The notes beneath the pieces are model-generated. The model worked only from the letters and a program-made list of their open reading frames with translations, did not search any database and was not told where the DNA came from. Made by a program: the position numbers and the translations under genes. Positions 57,196 through 64,000 of a stretch of DNA of 64,000 nt are shown in pieces. The DNA is from Methanoregulaceae archaeon (GTDB lineage: Archaea; Halobacteriota; Methanomicrobia; Methanomicrobiales; Methanospirillaceae). Position 1 is the stretch's first letter, and each line of letters opens with the position of its first letter. The stretch is from contig JBEKCC010000003.1 in assembly GCA_050015095.1 (NCBI GenBank), positions 27,388 through 91,387 of the forward strand. The letters run 5' to 3'.

Positions 57196-58392
57196 TTATT
57201 CGGCCCTAAGTGCATCAATCGGGTCCATATTAGATGCTTTCCATGCAGGATACAACCCAGATACAAGACAGACAACAATCCCGATGATCATTCCGTAGGG
57301 AACATAGAGGATGCTTTCGGGCATAAAGAAATAAGTCGTATTGCCTATCATGGCACTCACGACTGAATACCCGATCACAAGACTACCAAGTCCTCCAACA
57401 CCCGCCCCAATGACACCAAGGATAAACGCTTCGTAGAGGAACATGCGACGCACTTCACCTTTTTCTGTACCGATGGATAGTAGGATGCCGATCTCCTGCA
57501 CACGTTCGTTTACCGACATCATCATCACATTAAAGATGCTAACAGCAGCGACTACAAGCGATATGCTGCCAATCGCAAGGATAAACGTGGTGATGGTTCC
57601 TAGAGTAGAAGAGATGGAGGAAAGACGAGAACTAGCATCCTGAATCCGGACAGTCTGTGTATGTTGGTTGACTTTTTTATCAATTGCCGCTTCCGTTTCA
57701 TTTATTTTGCTAATATCTTGCACGATAACATTGACTTGATCATACACATCTTTCCCGCCATAATGATCGGTATACCAAGTATCAGGTACAATAATTGCAT
57801 TATCTGAATTGACACCATCAGGTGCAAATCCCCGTGTCGTTAGGATGCCCGCAACCCTGACTGTCGGACGAACTATTGTGGCGCAATTCTGTCCGATTTT
57901 TATCCTGCTTCCGATACCCATATTAAAGTTGGAGGCAATTGTGGGACCGACAAGCGCATCATTTGCTCCTTTGATATTTGATCCTTGGTCGATAGTAAGG
58001 AACTTGGTTATATCATTCGGATCCATTCCATACATTGATCCTCTCCCATCCGTGGATCCAATAGTGAACTGGGTATTTCCTCTATGGATAGGAATAACGT
58101 CGTTTTGTCCCACAGAAGTCTTGATATCATTGAGCGTGCTTTTATCTATTCCCTGAGCGGCGGCGGCTGTGACTCCGGCCGTCGAGGTTGTCCTCACCAC
58201 ATCTGAAGAAATCATAATCGTGTTGACGTTTGCTGAGAGTTGCTGTTTTACCGAAAGCTGCATGTTGGTCCCGAGCATCCCCATGGATGAGATAGCAACG
58301 ACACCGATCACAATCCCAATAGATGCCAGCAATGAACGTAGGAAATTCAGCTTAACACTTCGCACGGAGAGGTCAAAGAAGATATCTTTCAT
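57196..58392 (-). CDS. ABC transporter permease, FtsX/MacB type
   Basis: An N-terminal TM helix is followed by a large extracytoplasmic domain and a C-terminal FtsX 3-TM bundle (ERVQEIGILLSIGTEKGEVRRMFLYEA). Confidence 0.85.
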   Translation of the reverse strand: MKDIFFDLSVRSVKLNFLRSLLASIGIVIGVVAISSMGMLGTNMQLSVKQQLSANVNTIMISSDVVRTTSTAGVTAAAAQGIDKSTLNDIKTSVGQNDVIPIHRGNTQFTIGSTDGRGSMYGMDPNDITKFLTIDQGSNIKGANDALVGPTIASNFNMGIGSRIKIGQNCATIVRPTVRVAGILTTRGFAPDGVNSDNAIIVPDTWYTDHYGGKDVYDQVNVIVQDISKINETEAAIDKKVNQHTQTVRIQDASSRLSSISSTLGTITTFILAIGSISLVVAAVSIFNVMMMSVNERVQEIGILLSIGTEKGEVRRMFLYEAFILGVIGAGVGGLGSLVIGYSVVSAMIGNTTYFFMPESILYVPYGMIIGIVVCLVSGLYPAWKASNMDPIDALRAE

Positions 58393-59069
58393 GATGCGAC
58401 TATCCTTCCATCTTCAAGTTCTATTATCCGGTGTGCATACTCTGCTATCTTTGGATCGTGGGTTACCAGGATGACCGTTTTTCCTTCATTATGCAACCCA
58501 ACAAGGATATCCATGATCTGGAACCCCGTTTTTCTGTCAAGATTTCCAGTAGGTTCATCACACAACATAATCTTCGGATCATTGACAAGTGCACGTGCAA
58601 TTGCAACACGCTGCTGTTGACCACCAGAAAGCTGGTTGGGCCGGTGAGCACTCAGTTCCTCGTCAAATCCAACTGATTTGAGAACGGCTGCTGCTTTCCC
58701 AGTTGTATCGCGCTTTTTATATTTCAGGATGAGTGGATATTCAACATTTTCGTATGCCGATAAGAGAGGGATCAGGTAAAATTTTTGAAAAATATATCCA
58801 ACGGTATCCCTCCGGATGTGCGTCCGCTCCAAATTTGTCATATTGGAAACATTTTTTCCTTCAATATACAATTCCCCAGAAGTGGGTATATCTAGAATCC
58901 CCAGCTGGTTCATAATGGTAGATTTTCCTGAACCAGATGGCCCCATGATTGCCACAAACTCATTATCGTTAATATCAAGCGAGACATGATCGAGCGCTTT
59001 GAAATCACCGGATTCAAGATGGTATACCTTCGTAACATCAGCTAACCGGATGAGAGGGAATTCGCTCAT
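58389..59069 (-). CDS. ABC transporter ATP-binding protein (MacB/LolD-like)
   Basis: Contains GPSGSGKST, LSGGQQQRVAIARAL and MLCDEPTGNLD. The start is taken at MSEFPLIRL (59069) to avoid a 46-nt overlap with the upstream gene. Confidence 0.9.
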   Translation of the reverse strand: MSEFPLIRLADVTKVYHLESGDFKALDHVSLDINDNEFVAIMGPSGSGKSTIMNQLGILDIPTSGELYIEGKNVSNMTNLERTHIRRDTVGYIFQKFYLIPLLSAYENVEYPLILKYKKRDTTGKAAAVLKSVGFDEELSAHRPNQLSGGQQQRVAIARALVNDPKIMLCDEPTGNLDRKTGFQIMDILVGLHNEGKTVILVTHDPKIAEYAHRIIELEDGRIVAS

Positions 59070-59080
59070 ACTTAAACCTG

Positions 59081-60427
59081 TCAGCGCTTCTTCAACTTTG
59101 ATTTCAACCATTTCCTTTTCATCCACAGTACGATTGCGATAATGACAATAATACCACTGGCAATGACAGGATAGAACGAACTGAGACCGCCACCTCTGTT
59201 ACCGCTAAATCCAAAGATGCCTCCGCCACCAGGAGCACCACCGCCGGCTCTCGCTGCAGATGCAGATGTTCCTGTTTGCCCAGCAGTCGAACCAGAACTA
59301 CTAGTGCTGCCGGTACGGGTAACGGTAACGGTCGAACCTGAACCTGAGTTAGTCCTAAGATCAAGATTTTTTGTGACGTTGAATGTGTTGCCATTGGCAT
59401 TTTTCCACTGGATTTGTACTGGAACGGATGATAGATCATCAGTTACAAAAGTGAGTGTAAAACTCGAAAAGTCATCAGATGCCAATGTGCCGATCGGATA
59501 TTCCGAGTACGGTTCCACAGGTTTTGCAGGGGCAAGAACCGTGAGTACCATTCCTTGAGCACCAGTGATCCCTGCATTAGTTACATCACCAGTAAGTTGG
59601 TATGAGGACCCTTGAGAGACGACCGCAATGTCGTTGAGCACAGGTTTAGCAGCAGTCTTATCTTCCCCCAAATTAAGTGGAAGAACAACATCGGTTGTAT
59701 GTTTGTTTTGCCCGTTTTGGAAGCTGACATGGAAGGTGACATTCGTTTCCTGATATGGCGTAACATCGAATGGGATTTCGGCATCAGATCCAGCACTTAT
59801 AACACTGATAAACGATGTAGCCGGACTTATAATAACACCTTGTCCCTCTGGAGTGATGATAACATTCTTAATATCACCATCACGAGGATTGACAATGCTC
59901 AGGTTGACCGTGTTGGTTGTTGACAATGCAAAATTATCGGGCTTTTGGGAGATAGATGCCTTAATATCTGTCGAATCCACTTCTATTTTGATCGGATAGT
60001 TAATACTATTACCTTGCTTTGTTCCAACGCTAAATGTTGGATAATAAGTTCCATCAGGCCCATCTACGGATATAAGGAAAGGAAGGTCCATTGTGGACCC
60101 TGGAGCAATATTCAAGTTTGCGCTAAACGCGTTACTGTTTTGGATATGAACGTGTGTTTCGATAAGACCTGGAACATCCAGTGCGATTGACTGATTACCT
60201 ACATTTGTCAATTGCACATCAATATACCCAGTCTCGTGTGGATAATACACTTGAGGATCAATAGTAACCGATGAAACGTAGACAAGAGATGCTAAATTTT
60301 GACCACCGGTCGAACTTCCTGTAATAACTAGACTAGTTGTACCAGTGTTTGTATTGCTTGCTGCACTTGCTATTGTAACAAGAGACAATACAAATATGTA
60401 ACCGATTATGCGTAATGTCGTTGACAT
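59081..60427 (-). CDS. surface protein (COG1361 / CARDB-like S-layer-domain protein) with a C-terminal TM anchor
   Basis: It has a signal peptide, beta-rich repeats, a Gly/Ser-rich stalk, a TM helix and a KRKWLKSKLKKR tail. This is the usual partner of archaeal MacB-type ABC pairs. Confidence 0.6.
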   Translation of the reverse strand: MSTTLRIIGYIFVLSLVTIASAASNTNTGTTSLVITGSSTGGQNLASLVYVSSVTIDPQVYYPHETGYIDVQLTNVGNQSIALDVPGLIETHVHIQNSNAFSANLNIAPGSTMDLPFLISVDGPDGTYYPTFSVGTKQGNSINYPIKIEVDSTDIKASISQKPDNFALSTTNTVNLSIVNPRDGDIKNVIITPEGQGVIISPATSFISVISAGSDAEIPFDVTPYQETNVTFHVSFQNGQNKHTTDVVLPLNLGEDKTAAKPVLNDIAVVSQGSSYQLTGDVTNAGITGAQGMVLTVLAPAKPVEPYSEYPIGTLASDDFSSFTLTFVTDDLSSVPVQIQWKNANGNTFNVTKNLDLRTNSGSGSTVTVTRTGSTSSSGSTAGQTGTSASAARAGGGAPGGGGIFGFSGNRGGGLSSFYPVIASGIIVIIAIVLWMKRKWLKSKLKKR

Positions 60428-60429
60428 AA

Positions 60430-60666
60430 TTACTCCGTTTTGTTATGATCTTTCATCGCGATAGTTTGGATCGTATCATCGTAAGAAAAAATTTCCTCGA
60501 CCGTAACACCGAAATAGTGGGCTATTTTGAAGGCGAGGTCGAGAGAGGGGATATATTTTCCTTTCTCAATAGCAAGGATGGTCTGACGAGTAACTCCGAT
60601 TGCTAGGGCAAGGTCTTCCTGTGTAAGATCACGCATTGCCCTTTGAACTTTGATATTATTCTTCAT
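60430..60666 (-). CDS. XRE-family helix-turn-helix regulator (YozG-like)
   Basis: The sequence begins MKNNIKVQRAMRDLTQEDLALAIGVTRQTILAIEKGKYIPSLDLAFKIAHYFG. Confidence 0.85.
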   Translation of the reverse strand: MKNNIKVQRAMRDLTQEDLALAIGVTRQTILAIEKGKYIPSLDLAFKIAHYFGVTVEEIFSYDDTIQTIAMKDHNKTE

Positions 60667-61108
60667 CGGTCTCCCATTCTCCATATTTTCTGGCATAATA
60701 GATCCTGAACCCAACATACAGGAAAATCATGAGACAGAGCAAGCCGAGTTGAATATAACCCATTAGTCTCGGAGGTATGATTTCAGGAGGGCGCTCTGGG
60801 GGAAATGATCTAGGAAACGCTGGTATGTGAAGAATTTCCATAACTGCACCAATGGAGAACGCACAAAACACTATCCAGAATATCTGAAATGTTCGCATTC
60901 CTGCCATCTGAGTAATCTTAGCGCTGCGTTCATCTTCGATAAAATCCGTAACCTTCCGCCTTACTAAATAAATCAGAATTATTCCGATTATGAAGGCAAT
61001 TATAATAATAATTGGAAGGTGGACTTCTATCGAATACCAAAAGATTGCAAGCAGAGCAAGGGCTATACAGCCAATGAAAAGGTAGAACGTGTTTTTCTTC
61101 ATAGTCAC
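60656..61108 (-). CDS. DUF2178-like four-TM membrane protein
   Basis: It has four TM helices and overlaps the downstream HTH gene, the usual DUF2178/HTH pairing. Confidence 0.55.
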   Translation of the reverse strand: MTMKKNTFYLFIGCIALALLAIFWYSIEVHLPIIIIIAFIIGIILIYLVRRKVTDFIEDERSAKITQMAGMRTFQIFWIVFCAFSIGAVMEILHIPAFPRSFPPERPPEIIPPRLMGYIQLGLLCLMIFLYVGFRIYYARKYGEWETDEE

Positions 61109-61167
61109 TCTTTGTTAAGTAAATTAAACATTTAGTAATATAAACATAACTATTTGTACAAAATTGT

Positions 61168-61388
61168 TTACCTACTATAAATATCAGCAATTCTACCAAA
61201 CGGAACAAGAAATACTGCAGCTGCTAGACGGTTGCTGTTGCGACCCAGCTCATCATGACAGCATCCATCGCGAACTCTCCACCCATCGTTGGGATTGCAA
61301 TACTTACTGCAGAGAGGTCAAACGGAGTGAGAAAACCGGCAAGTATGGCTAAAAAAAGGGCGATTCGTTTTAGGTCAGGCCGGTCCAT
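61168..61388 (-). pseudogene. remnant of an MFS (DHA2) transporter gene: the first two TM helices only, with a frameshift and truncation
   Basis: MDRPDLKRIALFLAILAGFLTPFDLSAVSIAIPTMGGEF..MMSWVATA is followed by a stop. A shifted frame continues as LAAAVFLVPFGRIADIYSR, which matches the MFS GRxxDxxGR loop, then stops at 61168-61170. No further MFS sequence follows. Confidence 0.6.
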
Positions 61389-61427
61389 GATATCTTTATA
61401 ATTGAGGGGGAGCAATCGCTACTGAAT

Positions 61428-62147
61428 TTACGTTAGCCATTTTGTCACATCATTGACCGGAGGTCTGACAGATGGAGGAAGTGGTGTTTGAGCATACCCA
61501 ACCGCACACCCCATCAGTTCATATTTTCCTAAAGGGACCCCCAGAATATCACAGAATTTTTTGTCATCTGACATTTCACTTGTTACAGAGACCAGTTGGA
61601 AACCGAGCCCCAGTGCTGTCGCCTTCAACCACATATTCTCGAGACAGTGAGCAAGTGACTGTCTTTCGACAGATGGATAACCCCGAAGTTCGGCAACAAC
61701 AATATAGTATGGAGCGGTTCCAATACCAGGTACTTTGCCGCTTGATGTGATCATGTCGAGCCGCTTGGCGAACGTATCGACACTTTTCTTTAGTTCGGGA
61801 TTATTGTTCATATCCTCTTCAACTGACTCAACCATTCTATGGATTTTGCTCATCACAAGCTTTGACGCCTCCGCCATGCTATTTGACCCGTTTTTAATTA
61901 CGAAGAACTGCCTGAAGTACTCTTTTCCAGTTCCTCCAATTGCTGCTGCAGCAAAGGGGGCTAAGAGTCCGGCACGGATGATCCCGCGGATCATATCATC
62001 CGGTGGAACTTCTGGGTGAAACATGCGGTTTGACCGACGGCTGGTAAGAATCTCATCAAGGATTTCGTTTTTCTGAACTACAGTGATCGTGCACATATTC
62101 TCAACAGAAGAAGAAATTTGCCGAACGGGTTCATGAAGGTTGCCCAT
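61428..62147 (-). CDS. nitroreductase-family protein
   Basis: Contains ILTSRRSNRMF, IIRAGLLAPFAAA and LENMWLKATALGLG. Confidence 0.6.
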   Translation of the reverse strand: MGNLHEPVRQISSSVENMCTITVVQKNEILDEILTSRRSNRMFHPEVPPDDMIRGIIRAGLLAPFAAAAIGGTGKEYFRQFFVIKNGSNSMAEASKLVMSKIHRMVESVEEDMNNNPELKKSVDTFAKRLDMITSSGKVPGIGTAPYYIVVAELRGYPSVERQSLAHCLENMWLKATALGLGFQLVSVTSEMSDDKKFCDILGVPLGKYELMGCAVGYAQTPLPPSVRPPVNDVTKWLT

Positions 62148-62174
62148 GAGGCAGCCATATATTTTTGTTAATTA

Positions 62175-62540
62175 TTATTTTCCGAACGAGAAATCCATTC
62201 GGTAATGATCAAGACATTCACCATCAAGCGTTGTTTCATAATTTCTAGATTGTCCTTGTCCGAGTGCGCCAATGAAGATTGATTTGGAGTCTCGTATCGT
62301 TCCTGTTCTTGTATTGACGAGATTGAAAGTCAACCACACATTATCTGTGGATGCATTTCCAGAATTGTATACGTATCCGTTTATTCTTTCATAACACCCA
62401 AGCCCTATTGAAAAATCGTCTCCATATTTGTAATGATTATGTAGATCGCCGTGTGAACTTTCGCTTACGACTACACTTATACAACCTGATATAGACACAA
62501 TAGCGATTAAAAATACAATAATAAAAGCAATTTTTTTCAT
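62175..62540 (-). CDS. small lipoprotein (FxLYD-like beta-sandwich?)
   Basis: The signal peptide ends in ISGC. The body is beta-rich and 121 aa in total. Confidence 0.4.
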   Translation of the reverse strand: MKKIAFIIVFLIAIVSISGCISVVVSESSHGDLHNHYKYGDDFSIGLGCYERINGYVYNSGNASTDNVWLTFNLVNTRTGTIRDSKSIFIGALGQGQSRNYETTLDGECLDHYRMDFSFGK

Positions 62541-62773
62541 GATTTTTTACCCAGTCTATATTCAATAAAAAATTCTTGTTCAGATTTATAGGTTTCTCGA
62601 ATGATGAGATGATTGCTTTATGTAATAAAAAACCTCATATCTCATAAATGAGTCTCTTCTTTGTGGACCTTTTCATTCTCCGGCATGGAAAAGCGGGGAG
62701 GTCGTCCAGTTGTTCCACTGATTCAGGTGAACTTCAATGCTTGCTCAATCCCAAACTTGGTTTAAGTTATATT

Positions 62774-64000
62774 TTACGATGGTTCTGTAGAACCTTTGAA
62801 CCGGAACACACCTTTTGGAACCTCCATCTCAAACCTCGCTCCTTCTCCCGGTTCTCCTGTTTCGGTAATTGTAATAGCAGTAATAGCGAGAATTTCACGG
62901 ATTAAAAATAGTCCAAGGCCAGTGTCCTTTCCAAACCCTTTATTGAAAATATTTCGTTTATCTTTGAGGGGAATACCGATCCCATCGTCTTCATAAATTA
63001 GGGTCAAACCGTTCTCATCCTCTCGATGTGTAAAACGAATTCTAGTGATTTTTTCACCGTAACGTATGGAGTTGTCAATGAGGTGGTATAAAACCTCGTC
63101 AAACAACGGATCTGCATAAATTTCAATATTCTTATCGCAGGGTTCAATTGGAATTTTATTATTCTTGAACAATGCAGTAGTGTTCAGAATACGAACATAA
63201 ACATTTAGCCACGTCGGCTTTTTTACACCTATATCCTGATACTCCTGTGTAAACGATATTTGTCGGCCGATAGTTTCGGCTGCCTCTTTGGCTTTCTGAA
63301 GACTTAAAAGAGCATCTGGGTTATTAATTGCATTTTCTGCTAAGTTATGGTAGATGTTAATGACAGTTAGCTGATTGAGAATATCATGTCGTGTGATGCT
63401 ATTGAGTAACTGGAGCTTCCTATTCGCTCTTTCCAGCGCCACTTCCGCTCGTTTACGTTCAGTAATGTCATGTGCGATAACCGCAGCACCAATAATCTTT
63501 CCTGCATCATTTTTTATTGGTGAGACAGAGAGAGAGACCCAAATGCTCTTTCCATCTTTTGCCATCCGTTCAGTTTCATATCTTTCAACATCTACGCCTT
63601 GTTGAACTTTTTTAAGTATGAACGGGAGGTCATCTGCTCGAGTCGGCGGAAGTAATACATTGATTGATCTGCCAATAACCTCTTTTGCGGTATATCCGTA
63701 CAGGTGTTCAGCACCCTTGTTCCAATCGGTAATGATACCTTCAAGTGTTTTTCCTATGATTGCATCGCTTGAAGATTCTACGATTTCTGCAAGGCGTTTA
63801 TGAATCTCTTGTTCTTGATTGTAAGTACGAACAAGATACGATACCACAAACCCGATAATAATAAAAATTCCAGCATGCCCGATACTGGTGAGAATAATTC
63901 CTTGAGTGGTGACCAAAATTCCTTGCTGTGTATAAGGTACTGCCAAGACCATCGCAACGAATAAAGCTGAATATCCCGTGGCAGCAAAGACACCACGCTG
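62774..64000 (-). CDS. sensor histidine kinase (TM, PAS, H-box, HATPase_c); the 5' end probably lies outside the window
   Basis: The H-box is ITRHDILNQL. The N-box is HLIDNSIRYG. Also present are DDGIGIP and GLGLFLIREI. The frame stays open from 63952 to position 64000. Confidence 0.85.
   Translation of the reverse strand, partial: QRGVFAATGYSALFVAMVLAVPYTQQGILVTTQGIILTSIGHAGIFIIIGFVVSYLVRTYNQEQEIHKRLAEIVESSSDAIIGKTLEGIITDWNKGAEHLYGYTAKEVIGRSINVLLPPTRADDLPFILKKVQQGVDVERYETERMAKDGKSIWVSLSVSPIKNDAGKIIGAAVIAHDITERKRAEVALERANRKLQLLNSITRHDILNQLTVINIYHNLAENAINNPDALLSLQKAKEAAETIGRQISFTQEYQDIGVKKPTWLNVYVRILNTTALFKNNKIPIEPCDKNIEIYADPLFDEVLYHLIDNSIRYGEKITRIRFTHREDENGLTLIYEDDGIGIPLKDKRNIFNKGFGKDTGLGLFLIREILAITAITITETGEPGEGARFEMEVPKGVFRFKGSTEPS

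Noticed and set aside
59081-59126. 46-nt overlap between the surface-protein gene and the ABC ATPase gene as drawn in the ORF track
   Set aside because: The internal ATG at 59069 (MSEFPLIRLADV) gives a normal ABC N-terminus and an 11-nt gap. The longer ORF is probably an over-extension.
1-64000. tRNA, rRNA, CRISPR arrays, transposases, integrases, prophage genes
   Set aside because: I scanned the intergenic regions by eye for tRNA-like T-arm (GGTTCGAATCC-type) strings, regularly spaced direct repeats, and DDE/tyrosine-recombinase-like ORFs. None was found. The GGGGTTCACGA string near 39640 lacks the rest of a cloverleaf.

Overview
This 64-kb window looks like a chromosomal segment of a methanogen-type euryarchaeon, probably Methanomicrobia-like. 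Supporting evidence: a form III RuBisCO, a class-III-signal (DUF1628) pilin, TTTATA-type promoter boxes, GGAGG ribosome-binding sites, and many zinc-ribbon/TM surface proteins. Most of it is about 40-50% GC and densely coding. I saw no rRNA, tRNA, CRISPR array, transposase or integrase.

Recognisable content:
- A GC-rich (about 58-60% by eye) left edge carrying a kdpC ORF that runs in frame into kdpA.
- A complete, translationally coupled trpEGDCFBA operon (6309-12689, minus strand).
- Proline dehydrogenase and P5C dehydrogenase flanking a 1589-aa PKD/IPT surface protein.
- MgtA, MntP, a GNAT acetyltransferase and TspO.
- A MacB-type ABC cassette with a DUF2178/XRE pair.
- Form III RuBisCO flanked by an output-less CHASE4-HAMP-PAS sensor and a PEPCK/HprK-like P-loop kinase.
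- A chagasin-like inhibitor next to a transglutaminase-like lipoprotein.

The strongest candidate for an undescribed system is a two-gene module at 37023-39355. It pairs a PAS / degenerate-DHp / double RyR-domain protein with a TIR / zinc-ribbon / TM / pilin-like-ectodomain protein.

Other notable points:
- Three paralogues of an uncharacterised family (PH-like head, TM, conserved ectodomain).
- Two paralogous small [ST]PxGQ-repeat proteins.
- Several ORFs shorter than the track's shortest entries that it therefore omits.
- Four disrupted genes: a DsbD/CcdA-like gene, an adenosine-specific kinase, a histidine phosphatase and an MFS remnant.

All calls come from reading the translations and DNA by eye. 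No database search was run.
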